From positions 32,001 to 96,000 of the IMG/VR virus record IMGVR_UViG_3300030616_000017: a DNA stretch of 64,000 nucleotides; one strand, given 5' to 3'. This DNA comes from a virus. The first letter of the stretch is position 1. The number at the start of each line of letters is the position of its first letter. A model generated the notes under the pieces. It ran no database searches. It worked only from the letters and a program-made list of their open reading frames with translations, and was not told where the DNA came from. The translations under genes and the position numbers were made by a program. Of the stretch, positions 38,570 through 48,568 are shown piece after piece.

Positions 38570-39190
38570 TTACTTTCCCTGTTTAATAAGGTGGAAAAAT
38601 TCTTCCCTTACTTCTGGCTTAGAGCGAAATACTCCTCTCAAATCAGAGGTTCGCATGCTTGAATTCTCGCTCTCTTCTACACCCCTCATCACCATACACA
38701 TATGGGTGGCCTCAATAAAAACAGCTACGCCGAGAGGATCAAGAGTTTCCTGCACAAAATCCGCTATCTGCTTTGTTAACTCCTCTTGGATTTGGGGTCT
38801 ACGCATAAACCATTTAGTAATGCGTACCAGCTTACTAATTCCTACCACTTTGTCACCCGGAATATAAGCTACATAAGCGTTCCCCAGGAAAGGCATCCAA
38901 TGATGAGAACACATACTCTTAATCTGAATAGGTCCAAGCACAACCATTTCATCGTATTCTTTTGTATTAGGAAAAACAGTAATCTTAGGTTGCTCATCAT
39001 AATTCCCAGAAAAGACCTCATTAACATACATTTTAGCTATGCGGTGAGGCGACTCCTCAAGCTGAGGATCGTTTCGGTTGAAATGAAGAAGATCAAAAAT
39101 CTCTTCAAACTTTTCTTCTACTTTAGAAATCATATCATCCTTCTCTTCGCGGGTGAGGACAACATTGTCATTACTAACAATAGGTGACAT
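38570..39190 (-). CDS. folE: GTP cyclohydrolase I
   Basis: [38 protein letters not shown]. Confidence 0.97.
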   Translation of the reverse strand: MSPIVSNDNVVLTREEKDDMISKVEEKFEEIFDLLHFNRNDPQLEESPHRIAKMYVNEVFSGNYDEQPKITVFPNTKEYDEMVVLGPIQIKSMCSHHWMPFLGNAYVAYIPGDKVVGISKLVRITKWFMRRPQIQEELTKQIADFVQETLDPLGVAVFIEATHMCMVMRGVEESENSSMRTSDLRGVFRSKPEVREEFFHLIKQGK

Positions 39191-39530
39191 TAAATAACTC
39201 CTTTTTATTTTTAATATTTTCTCTACAATAAGGACAACGCTTGTTTAGTTCTTTCAAACTGTTTTCGCTGTCTACTGATCCTGCTTCATACAGAAGGCTG
39301 TATTCATCGTCTTTTATAGGACTTTTATGGTTGTAGCCTCTCTTCAACATTTCCTCTACTAGGGCGTCATGTCTTTTAATTACATTATGAACTTCTACAA
39401 GACCGTTAGTAATATAACCCCTTAAAGAAATTCCTTTTCTTAGAGACCCCAGTAAAGTATGCATTTCCCTGTGCTCCCCCAGTAAATGTGATCTGCACAT
39501 TATAGAAGGGTCCACATTCCACATTCTCAT
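39174..39530 (-). CDS. Pyrimidine-dimer DNA glycosylase (DenV-like)
   Basis: [26 protein letters not shown]; start moved to MRMW. Confidence 0.8.
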   Translation of the reverse strand: MRMWNVDPSIMCRSHLLGEHREMHTLLGSLRKGISLRGYITNGLVEVHNVIKRHDALVEEMLKRGYNHKSPIKDDEYSLLYEAGSVDSENSLKELNKRCPYCRENIKNKKELFNVTYC

Positions 39531-39531
39531 T

Positions 39532-40218
39532 TTATACTCCTTGAATATTACCAAAAATTATAATATGACTTCTTAGAGAAAGGTTCCAGCCTCTCTCTAT
39601 AAGAATATCATAATATTTTTTCACAATACCTAAAATAGTTTTTGCATCTACTCCTTTGGGTTGAATGTAGATTCTTTCAGAAGGTATAGAATGATTCTTT
39701 TGTTCTTCTATAATATAACCTAAATCTTCATCATTTTCTAGTAAAAACTTAACTATTTTATTTGAGTAGCCTATATCGAGAAGGTAGGGGTAAGTAGCTT
39801 TCTGCAAGCCGGCGCTGTCTTGAGCTACGTTAGTTTTGGGGGAAATGTTAAGCTTAACATTATACTTTTTAAACAAAGACAACACCATTTCATTAGGTAC
39901 CAATGTCCCGTTTGTTTCAATTTCAAATGAAATCTTATCTCCATAGTCCACCAAAAAATCTACAATAAAGCCCTCATGCTTAGGAAGAAGTGGTTCTCCC
40001 CCTGTTATAACTACATTAGAGGTTTTCTTGATCATCTCCCCCACTGTTTCTGCATTATAGGCAATCCCATTATCTGTCCATGTAAACTTAGAATCACAAA
40101 AAGAACATCTAAGATTGCACCCGGGAAATCGAATAAAAAGGGAGTGTTTACCTTGTGTATCTCCTTCTCCCTGAAACCCATAGAAAGGCTCTTCTGCGAG
40201 ATAAATTAATTCTTTCAT
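39532..40218 (-). CDS. queE: 7-carboxy-7-deazaguanine synthase (radical SAM)
   Basis: QGEG, FIRF.GCNLRCSFCD, ITGGEP, IETNG, SPK. Confidence 0.95.
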   Translation of the reverse strand: MKELIYLAEEPFYGFQGEGDTQGKHSLFIRFPGCNLRCSFCDSKFTWTDNGIAYNAETVGEMIKKTSNVVITGGEPLLPKHEGFIVDFLVDYGDKISFEIETNGTLVPNEMVLSLFKKYNVKLNISPKTNVAQDSAGLQKATYPYLLDIGYSNKIVKFLLENDEDLGYIIEEQKNHSIPSERIYIQPKGVDAKTILGIVKKYYDILIERGWNLSLRSHIIIFGNIQGV

Positions 40219-40589
40219 TAGTCCCAATCTCCGCATTCACACCATGTCTGCTTCCCCACGGCTGTCTCATACACCCTTACCTTAAATTCTAGGCTAGGAT
40301 TAGAAAGCTTAACTTCGTCGTAAAACCGTTGGCAGAGATTTTCTGCTGTAGGGTTAATATTGTCGAATGGAGCGATGTCGTTAATAAATTGGTGATCGTA
40401 CATTTCCTTCAATCGTTTGACATTCCCAAAATCCCAAAGAATCCCTACTTCATCTACTTGAGAAGACTCTCCTCTAACCCACACTTCTACGAACCAAGTG
40501 TGCCCATGAATCCTGCTACAGTTGCCATCATATCCTCTGAGCTGATGAGAACTGTCTATAGTTGTCTCTGTATGCAATGTAAGTATCAC
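40218..40589 (-). CDS. queD: 6-carboxy-5,6,7,8-tetrahydropterin synthase
   Basis: SSH.L, C.RIHGH, DF, DH..IN, PTAEN, V.ET. Confidence 0.95.
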   Translation of the reverse strand: MILTLHTETTIDSSHQLRGYDGNCSRIHGHTWFVEVWVRGESSQVDEVGILWDFGNVKRLKEMYDHQFINDIAPFDNINPTAENLCQRFYDEVKLSNPSLEFKVRVYETAVGKQTWCECGDWD

Positions 40590-40600
40590 TCTTTCTCCTC

Positions 40601-41176
40601 CTATATATTATATATTAATAACTCTTTTTGTGCGTTTTGTAAATCTAAAAGCCACTCATCCCATAAATTAGAGCCTTCACCTCCGTTTCTTACGATGTAA
40701 GAGGGGTGGTAAGTAGGCATAATTAAAAAGCCTAGTTCCTCAAAAGTCTGCCCATGCACTTTAGTAATTTTCGGTGGAATGGTTACAAAAGCATTACAAG
40801 GGTTGTTTCCTAAAGGAATAAGCATTTTATACCCTCTGCCTTTTAGATATTCTAATTCTTCATATAGCCCTTCGTTGCAGTGTTTTTTAAGAGCTATCTT
40901 TGTATTAGTTTCTGTAAACTTATTATCTTTTGGTCTGCAGTTTATTACGTTAGTTAGCCAATAGTAGTGACTTGTTATCCCCACCTCTCTAAGGGCTTTT
41001 CTTAGAAGCTTTCCAGCTGCCCCTATAAAAGGTTCTTTGTTCTCATCTTCCATTTTTCCAGGGGCCTCTCCTATGAAAACAAAATCGCCCCTTTCACTAC
41101 CCCTTCCCCAAACTCTATTTCTATAGGCAAGGGGGCATCCCTCGCATTTTACTTGTTGTCTTTCATATATAAGCAT
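40601..41176 (-). CDS. Uracil-DNA glycosylase family 4 (Fe-S)
   Basis: C..C, GEAPG..ED, PF.G.AG, N...CRP, PTYHPS. Confidence 0.92.
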   Translation of the reverse strand: MLIYERQQVKCEGCPLAYRNRVWGRGSERGDFVFIGEAPGKMEDENKEPFIGAAGKLLRKALREVGITSHYYWLTNVINCRPKDNKFTETNTKIALKKHCNEGLYEELEYLKGRGYKMLIPLGNNPCNAFVTIPPKITKVHGQTFEELGFLIMPTYHPSYIVRNGGEGSNLWDEWLLDLQNAQKELLIYNI

Positions 41177-41182
41177 GCTTCT

Positions 41183-43024
41183 CTACATCTCTCCCTTTAG
41201 TATGTGCTTCCACTCATCTTTGGATAAGCTTTCTCTCTTAAAAATAGATTCATCTAAATCTTTCTTGTTCTTGAGAGATTTATCTAATCTTGTATCAATC
41301 GTATTTTCAAAAATTAAATTATGAACAATCACAGGGTCTTCTTGGCCTATTCTATGAAACCTCTTAATAGATTGAGCGTACTCAACATAGGAAAAACTAC
41401 GAGAAAAATATACGACTCGTTTGCATTGAGTAATATTCACTGCTGTTTGCAGCACTTTAGAGGATGCAATTAAAAGATTACACTTAGGGTCGTGCTTGAA
41501 CTTCTCTAGTTGTTCGTTTCTCCACTCAATAGCTTCTCTCCCCTTCGGAGTATTTTGCCCATGCAGGACTATCGGATTATACTTTGCATACCTTTTTGCT
41601 AATTGTTCTATCGTACTAGGATGAAAATCAAAGATTGTTAATTTCTGTTTTTCATCCTTGATGTATGTAGTTACCAGCGAATCTAAAATGCTCAATTTAC
41701 CATGATGCTTATCAAACTTGAATTGCTGCACGAGAGACGCCAAAGTCGATGAGCGGACAGGATCGATTCTATCCTTTAATAAAGAGGCGTTTTCGTAAGC
41801 TAAAGAAATATAAGGGAACTTATTAAACAGCCTTTTAGGAATAAGTTGCCCGTCATCTTCTTCCTTCAGAACGCTTATAACATAATTGATCAGCTGTTCA
41901 TAAATCATAGATTGGGTAGGTGAAAGGGCTGCATACGTATCTTTTATATATAGATCGGGAAGATCTAACAGTTCATTAGAAGTAAATCTTGATACCCACG
42001 GAGCAAAAAGCTGTTCCCATTCCTCTCTTTTCTTCTCATAAATAAAGTTTATAGCGTAGGCGCTAAATCTATTTCCTGTATTGGCTATCTCATCTACCCA
42101 TTCATAATAATTATGAGGTACCAGACTAGAGTCTAAAAACTTCATCTGAGAATAGACCTCTGTAAAGTTATTAGGAGAAGGGGTTCCTGTCAATAAATAT
42201 CTATACTCAAAAAACTGTTTATGCAAATGCAGTGCTTTCGATTGCCTTGCTTTGTGGTTCTTTATGTTATGAGATTCATCCAATATAATAGCTCTATTAC
42301 TGCCCCAACTATCAAAGGGAATAGTTGCTTTTCTATAATTCTTACTTGTTTTCTTTCCGCTTCTTTTGTGATAATCATCGCTCAGCGTAAGAAAGTGACG
42401 ATATGTCATTATAATAACTTTAGGAGACAAAGGAAGAGGGTCACGCACCGTTTGTGGGCTGGAAATAATAATATCTTTATCCTTATTATCAATAAAAGTA
42501 GCAAATTGAAGTAACTCTCTCCTCCAGTTGTAGACGCCTTCAGGCGGGGTAACAACTAAAACCCTATCGCACTTTCCTTGCTCAAAATAATGATTCAAAG
42601 TAGAAATATTAATAAAAGTTTTTCCACTACCCATCCCCAAAAAGAAAGCATATCGATTGCTGTTGATACCTTTCTGTATGCAATCGAGTTGAAAACTCTC
42701 ATTGGGAGCTTTTCCTTTAATAGGCTCACTTTTTAAAAGCCGTTCGTTTAATTTATTACGTTTGAATTTGGTTTCTCTTTTTCCAAACTGCTGAGATGCT
42801 TCTTTTATTTTTTCTTCAGCCCCTTGCTCAAAGACCACGTCATCATAATCTTGAATATGAGGAAGGGCCTGCATAAGCTTGCGGGCGGAAGCCCCCCACT
42901 CTTTTGTTTCTCCATTATAAGTAAACTTATGGCGTTTAACTGTTTCCAACACGGCTGAAAATGCAGAGCCGGAAAAAGTCACAAAAGCTGTTTCTTCTCC
43001 TGTACTGTAAGAGATCTTAACCAT
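41183..43024 (-). CDS. SNF2-like SF2 helicase
   Basis: MGSGKT, DESH, LTGTP, Q...RFHRIGQ. Confidence 0.92.
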   Translation of the reverse strand: MVKISYSTGEETAFVTFSGSAFSAVLETVKRHKFTYNGETKEWGASARKLMQALPHIQDYDDVVFEQGAEEKIKEASQQFGKRETKFKRNKLNERLLKSEPIKGKAPNESFQLDCIQKGINSNRYAFFLGMGSGKTFINISTLNHYFEQGKCDRVLVVTPPEGVYNWRRELLQFATFIDNKDKDIIISSPQTVRDPLPLSPKVIIMTYRHFLTLSDDYHKRSGKKTSKNYRKATIPFDSWGSNRAIILDESHNIKNHKARQSKALHLHKQFFEYRYLLTGTPSPNNFTEVYSQMKFLDSSLVPHNYYEWVDEIANTGNRFSAYAINFIYEKKREEWEQLFAPWVSRFTSNELLDLPDLYIKDTYAALSPTQSMIYEQLINYVISVLKEEDDGQLIPKRLFNKFPYISLAYENASLLKDRIDPVRSSTLASLVQQFKFDKHHGKLSILDSLVTTYIKDEKQKLTIFDFHPSTIEQLAKRYAKYNPIVLHGQNTPKGREAIEWRNEQLEKFKHDPKCNLLIASSKVLQTAVNITQCKRVVYFSRSFSYVEYAQSIKRFHRIGQEDPVIVHNLIFENTIDTRLDKSLKNKKDLDESIFKRESLSKDEWKHILKGEM

Positions 43025-43042
43025 AATTTCTTCCTTATATAT

Positions 43043-43071
43043 AATATAAGGTTAAAAAGAAGAAAAGGCAA
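43043..43071 (-). promoter_or_regulatory. Early/middle promoter TTGCCT-17-TATATT
   Basis: Exact spacing; heads the helicase-UDG-que-polA run. Confidence 0.7.
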
Positions 43072-44100
43072 TCAACTTCTTTCAATTTTAGGGGGGCGAA
43101 ATTCAAATGCTTTTTGCGGGGGAGAAGGTTTGTAGTGCTGAGATACCTTACTATTATCTTTTCTATCTATGTGGCGAAAAAGGCGAGGATCAATCTTTTC
43201 AATATCAAAAGCTAGCCCTTCATATAATAATGCGAGATTGCGTGGCTTGAATTTCGAGTTGGTAGTAAATTCCTTTATGTAAGATTCTGAGATAGGGATA
43301 AAAGCAACTAACTGGTGGTTTAAGCGTAAGCGCGCGGACCTCTCTTTGAACTCTTGTTTCCATCTATCTGTTAAATAAGGTATTATATCTATATTAGCTA
43401 ATACCTCAAATATATCTTTATAATCCCCTATGAGCTGCTCTAATTTTTTAGAGGGGAAGTTTTTTATGCCTATGGGTATTTCATCGGCCTTATCTCCCCT
43501 TATTACCTTGTACAAGACTACGGAGGACTCGCTGGGCATGAAATTAAAACGTTCATTAAAAAGTTTTCTGTCATATACTTTCTTTCCCATGTATTGAGCC
43601 ACATCTCTTTTTTTATAGTATATGCCTCTTGACCAATCTAAATCTTCGCTTATAATTAAGGAGGATTCTTTCTCGTTTATAGAATTAAGTACGGGAGGTA
43701 ACAAATCATCTGCTTCAAACCCCGTACCATATACAACGGAGATATTCTCGCCGTAATTCATTAGAATCAATCTCAGATAATCCAGTCCTCTATAAAACGA
43801 ATCACTTTTCTTTTTGCGGGATACTTTATAAGTAGGATCATATAATTGCTGTCTCATGTTCTTTTTGCTATCCGCATTATCAAATAAGCAATAAATCCTT
43901 CCTCCCTGTTTGAGAAACTCCCTTTTAAATCTTTTAAGAGATTGAAGAAAACCCCACACTCCTCCTGTTATTAGATGTTTGCCGTCTATTTCAACTGTCA
44001 GATTTTTATGGATTTCGTAGTTACGATAATACCAATTATTGACGTCTATTATGAGGTTGTCATAATATTTCTGCGGTTGAAAAAAATCTTTTTTACTCAT
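43072..44100 (-). CDS. 5'-3' exonuclease/flap endonuclease (T4 RNase H-like)
   Basis: IIDV, FD, YK..R, EADD, SED.D, GD.AD.I. Confidence 0.9.
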   Translation of the reverse strand: MSKKDFFQPQKYYDNLIIDVNNWYYRNYEIHKNLTVEIDGKHLITGGVWGFLQSLKRFKREFLKQGGRIYCLFDNADSKKNMRQQLYDPTYKVSRKKKSDSFYRGLDYLRLILMNYGENISVVYGTGFEADDLLPPVLNSINEKESSLIISEDLDWSRGIYYKKRDVAQYMGKKVYDRKLFNERFNFMPSESSVVLYKVIRGDKADEIPIGIKNFPSKKLEQLIGDYKDIFEVLANIDIIPYLTDRWKQEFKERSARLRLNHQLVAFIPISESYIKEFTTNSKFKPRNLALLYEGLAFDIEKIDPRLFRHIDRKDNSKVSQHYKPSPPQKAFEFRPPKIERS

Positions 44101-44104
44101 ATCT

Positions 44105-44578
44105 TTATGCTTCTAACGTATCTTTTAAGTAAAGCTCAAACACTTCTTGCAACATAAGGTTATTTTCTTGTAATTGTGCAAGGAATTGTTTTTGATTTTC
44201 TTCGTCTTGGGCTATTTTCTTTGCTTCATCCTTCGCATGAAGAAAGTCAAAGGAGGAATCTACAGAAGAAGAGAAATTCATTTTCTCTGGTTTTTCTCCT
44301 CCTTCCATTGCCTCACCAACCAGTCCTAAAATATTTTGCACAGTATAGGCTATACCTTGTTCAGATTCTTCCTCTTCTAATAAGTTTTCTTGAATATTTT
44401 CTAAAAAATCTTCCAAAAAAATACCATATTTTTCTAAAAAAGATCGTAATGCCTTGAATAGGGACGCAGAAAGATCTTCGTCTGAGTCCCACTCATAAAC
44501 AGGAGCTTCTGATGAAATAATATCTTTAACGGACTCCCGATTAGAGGTTGTAAGTTCAATTTTTATTGTTCCCATCAT
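44105..44578 (-). CDS. Acidic hypothetical protein
   Basis: ORF overlapping the upstream stop. Confidence 0.6.
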   Translation of the reverse strand: MMGTIKIELTTSNRESVKDIISSEAPVYEWDSDEDLSASLFKALRSFLEKYGIFLEDFLENIQENLLEEEESEQGIAYTVQNILGLVGEAMEGGEKPEKMNFSSSVDSSFDFLHAKDEAKKIAQDEENQKQFLAQLQENNLMLQEVFELYLKDTLEA

Positions 44579-46032
44579 TGGTACTTGTCCCCTAGTTTAA
44601 GTTCATCGACAAATCTTACGCCGTTCTCTTCGTCCACCACGTAATATGTTTGCGTGGGTTGTTCCCCTTTCTTCAAAGCTCCGAGGGAAAATTCATTAGG
44701 ACCTATAAGAGAGCCGTTCATAATAATCTTGGCTCCGCTAAAAGACTTGGTAATATTAGAAGAATGAAAATGGCCCATGTTCACGTATTCAAAACTCTTG
44801 TCTATCTGATTAAGAGTTCCTCCCAACAGAGAAATGTCTCTGGATAGATTACCTGGAACAGAGTTCAAACCATTTCCTCCTTTAATTACATCTCCATGCA
44901 GAGAAAGAAATTCATGCCCTACAATCTCGTGCAACTTCATATGTGATTCTGGAATATCAAATTCAACAATATTCTTGGTTTCTCTTTTTATAAATTCATA
45001 AAGAATATATTCATGGTTTTGTCTCTGCTTATGCTTGTAGCGGGGCTTGATATGATGACGAGGATGATTACCTACCAAGCCTAAAGCTTTAATTTTAGCA
45101 AAATGTTTGGACAGATTTTGAATATGCTGAGCGGTATAATCAGCAAGTTCTATAATTCCTTTGGTTACGCCTAGTTCACTATTCTCCGCCAAATCATGAA
45201 GCGTCCCTGAAATCATATCTCCAAGAAAAAGAATATTCAAAACATTTGTACCAAAGATTTTATTATTCTCTAAAACTTTTCTAAAAAGCTTATCAATTCT
45301 CTTTCGTGATATCGAAACAGAATATGCATTAAGGCCTAACATCTCCTCATAATCAACCACCTCATCCCAATGCCAGTCGCTAGCAAGAATGACCGATTCT
45401 GCATTATCCTTGAAATTCTTAACATTGATGTTAGAGGGCTTGAATTCGAAAGGTTCGTACTCTTCTACAACCTGTTCTAAAATGCTTACGAGTTTTTCAT
45501 CTTGAATTTGTCGTGTTTTGTAAAAATCTAATTCTTTTCTAATTTTTTTATTTTCGTGCTCTACTTTATTAACTTTTTTATCTGTCTGAATATGAAATAA
45601 ATTCATTTCATAAATACTTTTTAACACCTGCTTCAAATCAGGTATTTGATATAAGAATGCTTTGTAAGGTATGCTTACTTCTGCAGCTAAATCCCTCACA
45701 TCATCCATTTGAAAAGGCTTTTTAAGTTTTTTAGACTTTGCCTCCAAAAGAGAAATTAAATACTCTTCATCGTACTCTGCGTATTTCTCTTTTTCTCTCT
45801 CTTGTTCTTTTGCCTGCTCTTCTTTGGTTTCTGTTAAGTCGCTTTCTCCATCAGCCATCAGCTGATTGTAGTACAGATGAATAGCTTTCCTATAAGATAG
45901 ATAAGAAGAGTTTGAATCAGTATCTTTAATAAAGTCCGTGTACATACTTTCTGACAGAACCGGCTCTAATTCATAATTATGTTCTGACAGTTTTTCTAGT
46001 ATCCAATCTTTTTTCTTTATGGGTTTCGCCAT
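44575..46032 (-). CDS. Metallophosphoesterase with N-terminal helical region
   Basis: SDWH, GDM, GNH, HGD, GHFH. Confidence 0.85.
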   Translation of the reverse strand: MAKPIKKKDWILEKLSEHNYELEPVLSESMYTDFIKDTDSNSSYLSYRKAIHLYYNQLMADGESDLTETKEEQAKEQEREKEKYAEYDEEYLISLLEAKSKKLKKPFQMDDVRDLAAEVSIPYKAFLYQIPDLKQVLKSIYEMNLFHIQTDKKVNKVEHENKKIRKELDFYKTRQIQDEKLVSILEQVVEEYEPFEFKPSNINVKNFKDNAESVILASDWHWDEVVDYEEMLGLNAYSVSISRKRIDKLFRKVLENNKIFGTNVLNILFLGDMISGTLHDLAENSELGVTKGIIELADYTAQHIQNLSKHFAKIKALGLVGNHPRHHIKPRYKHKQRQNHEYILYEFIKRETKNIVEFDIPESHMKLHEIVGHEFLSLHGDVIKGGNGLNSVPGNLSRDISLLGGTLNQIDKSFEYVNMGHFHSSNITKSFSGAKIIMNGSLIGPNEFSLGALKKGEQPTQTYYVVDEENGVRFVDELKLGDKYQ

Positions 46033-46304
46033 TATGCCCTCTTTCTATTCTTGCGATGGTTTTGTATATGCTTGGTTCGATGTTCGCTGTTGGTCTTAAT
46101 GGTTCCATCTCTCCACCAACAACGAAACTTCATTCTACGTCTTTGAGCTCTATTTGGCCCCGCGGAGCCTTCAATATAAAAAGCAGCTTCTAAAGGCCGG
46201 GTCATTCTTTTATCCCATTTCCTCTTCTCTGCTCCATCCATTTTTTCAATTTTAGCTCTCTCGTAGCTTGTCAAATAATATATGCCTGTTTTTGCTCTAA
46301 ACAT
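46032..46304 (-). CDS. Small basic protein
   Basis: RBS, PNRAQRR motif, Arg/Lys-rich. Confidence 0.6.
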   Translation of the reverse strand: MFRAKTGIYYLTSYERAKIEKMDGAEKRKWDKRMTRPLEAAFYIEGSAGPNRAQRRRMKFRCWWRDGTIKTNSEHRTKHIQNHRKNRKRA

Positions 46305-46319
46305 CTTTTCTACTCCTTT

Positions 46320-46907
46320 TTATTCATCTGTGGGGTCAAGCGGTTTTTGTTCTGATTTTTCTTCAAACAATTCCCAAGCCGCTATGGGAGTCAAGATGCC
46401 TTCCTGTAGCTTAGAAAGAAAGCTGGTGATAGGCATCTTCATCTTAAACCTATATAGATAGTTGTCATATAGATTGCGGACAAACAGTTCGTCTCTCTCT
46501 ATAAGCGCTTTCTCGATTCTCCACGTTCTTTCTGTTTCCTTCCAAAAACCTTCTCCTGTTACGTCTACTAACCCTAGAGTTCCTTCAGAGATCTTTTGAT
46601 TAATTTCTTCAGCAGGAGCCCTCACTTCCTCTCTTACTTTTTGTATCATGAGGGGAAGATAGGGTAAAAGTTTTTTCTTGATAAGATAAATGTTCTTTCT
46701 CACGTCCATCTCATAGTCATATTCAAAATAAAACAGCCTTTCTTTATTCTCAGGGTCATTTTCATCAAAATGTTTATAAAGAATAACTCCACTAGGCTGC
46801 AGAATAAAAGAAATCAGAATAGGAAGTTTGCTGCAGAAATTCGTGAATTTTTTCGTAAACACTTTCTTGAATTGATGGACATCGATGTTTTTCTTGTGTA
46901 CAATCAT
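46320..46907 (-). CDS. Hypothetical protein
   Basis: ORF with AAGGAG RBS. Confidence 0.65.
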   Translation of the reverse strand: MIVHKKNIDVHQFKKVFTKKFTNFCSKLPILISFILQPSGVILYKHFDENDPENKERLFYFEYDYEMDVRKNIYLIKKKLLPYLPLMIQKVREEVRAPAEEINQKISEGTLGLVDVTGEGFWKETERTWRIEKALIERDELFVRNLYDNYLYRFKMKMPITSFLSKLQEGILTPIAAWELFEEKSEQKPLDPTDE

Positions 46908-46941
46908 GGTGCTTCGTCTCCTTAATTATTATTTTATAATG

Positions 46942-48039
46942 TCACACAAACCGAATTGTGGCCACATGTCTCTCTATATTAGTCTCGCCAATCGTGTTAA
47001 AGGCAGGTTGATCTGTATCAAACTGAAAAACAATAAAATCATCATTTATAGATGCAACTGCTTTTTTAACAAGACTCCTTGAAACCCAAAATTCTTCGCC
47101 TACAAGCGCTTCGCTGCACTCTTTCAAAGCCATCTGTCTATTAGCAGGCGTATCTGATTGAGATTCCACCGAAAGAGTTTCCTCGTCTATAATACGAAAA
47201 CAAATCTGTTGATTAGGAACTGTAGTGACAAATACTTCTAAAAAGTCCAAAATATTGATTATTTCGCTTTTCTCAACACAGAGGCTTGTATCATGTTTGT
47301 ACTTACTAATGTGGTCTTCGTCGAAGACATCGGGCGTTGTTAAATCCGCACTGTCTGTCGTTAGACGAAGTTCCTCTCCCTCGCCTATAGTAAAATATAC
47401 GTCGCCATTTTCTTCATTAAAAAACAAGTAGGTGGGAAAAAGAGAAGCCACAGATGATATAAGGCGGGCGATATCTCCTCTTATTCTTATGTTGGGGTAG
47501 TCAATGGGGTTACCATCTTCGTCTTTCTCATCAACCTGAGCTTCGAATATCTGCGAGATGTCATTAGCTATTACTTCGTTTTTCCATAGAGAAACGCCAT
47601 AAAAATTCTCTCCGGGGACAGAAGAGTGTGACCCCGCGTAATTCATGGCTGTTTTAATATTCCGAATAAGGTTGGAAGTAAGAAAATAAGATGTAAAATT
47701 GTTTTCCTCTATTTCTGGAACCGGCATTTCTTCTTCAATAAGAGGAATCTTAAACTTTTCCTCGCCATTATAAAACTCGTAATCTTCATTGAGATAAAGC
47801 GTGTCATATTGACTACAGAGAGTAAGAAAAATGTTTTTATCTACGCTAATGGAGGGGAAAGCTTCTGCAGCCTCAAATTCAAATTCAAATGCAAGCTTTC
47901 CAAAAAGATGTTCTCCTGAAAAAGAAGCTTCTGATGATTCGAAGTTAAGACACAGGTACTTATGCCTTTTATCTTCTTTTTTATAAGAAGCCTCTATAAT
48001 CTTAGCGTACTTATTAAAATTTTCTGTTGAAATCTTCAT
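46942..48039 (-). CDS. Putative DNA sliding clamp (DnaN/beta-like)
   Basis: 365 aa, acidic, three-domain pattern with A.D...I motif; replication context. Confidence 0.6.
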   Translation of the reverse strand: MKISTENFNKYAKIIEASYKKEDKRHKYLCLNFESSEASFSGEHLFGKLAFEFEFEAAEAFPSISVDKNIFLTLCSQYDTLYLNEDYEFYNGEEKFKIPLIEEEMPVPEIEENNFTSYFLTSNLIRNIKTAMNYAGSHSSVPGENFYGVSLWKNEVIANDISQIFEAQVDEKDEDGNPIDYPNIRIRGDIARLISSVASLFPTYLFFNEENGDVYFTIGEGEELRLTTDSADLTTPDVFDEDHISKYKHDTSLCVEKSEIINILDFLEVFVTTVPNQQICFRIIDEETLSVESQSDTPANRQMALKECSEALVGEEFWVSRSLVKKAVASINDDFIVFQFDTDQPAFNTIGETNIERHVATIRFV

Positions 48040-48066
48040 TTACCACCTCCAAATGGCTTATTATTT

Positions 48067-48151
48067 TTTATTTTAGTAGATATTATCTCACTAACATAAT
48101 ACATCCTGCAGTTACATTATATAATATAACCTAAAAAAATAGGAAAGTAAA
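48067..48151. promoter_or_regulatory. Divergent promoter cluster at the strand switch
   Basis: Late-like TACTAAAATAAA (-, 48067-78), late-like CACTAACATAAT (+, 48089-100), early TTTACT-17-TATATT (-, 48123-151). Confidence 0.65.
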
Positions 48152-48549
48152 TGGATCAACAACAAAAAATAAAAATAATTGTAGCTTTTCCTCGTAACCA
48201 AAGATACTATGGCTATTACGTCAATAACAATCTTACAGATAAACACTTAATGAAAAGAGATGCGTTTTATCTTTTTTTAGCTAAGATGGTAAAGGCTCCT
48301 CAAACAGCTAAAATCAAAGAGTTTATAGATTTAAATTTTTTCTTTATCGTTGATATAGAGAATAACATGGCAACGAGGCTTGAATTAAGTAATCAACAAG
48401 ATGTACAAAAATTAAAAGAATCAATCAGAAAAATAGATGGGAATAGAGTCAAAAAAGAACTAGAAAGAGAGATAAATAAAGTAAAAAACGATTTATATGA
48501 GCAAGATGTAAAGAAACTGCAAGATTCTTGTTTAAATTCGGAGGAATAA
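48151..48549 (+). CDS. Hypothetical protein
   Basis: First rightward ORF, with RBS. Confidence 0.6.
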   Translation: MDQQQKIKIIVAFPRNQRYYGYYVNNNLTDKHLMKRDAFYLFLAKMVKAPQTAKIKEFIDLNFFFIVDIENNMATRLELSNQQDVQKLKESIRKIDGNRVKKELEREINKVKNDLYEQDVKKLQDSCLNSEE

Positions 48550-48559
48550 AAGTTATATT
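48531..48559 (+). promoter_or_regulatory. Early/middle promoter TTTAAA-17-TATATT
   Basis: Recurring motif; transcript would be nearly leaderless. Confidence 0.6.
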
Positions 48560-48568
48560 ATATATAAT

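Noticed and set aside
37420-40620. preQ1 riboswitch near yhhQ/que genes
   Set aside because: Intergenic gaps are only 0-22 bp, leaving no room, and no consensus was seen
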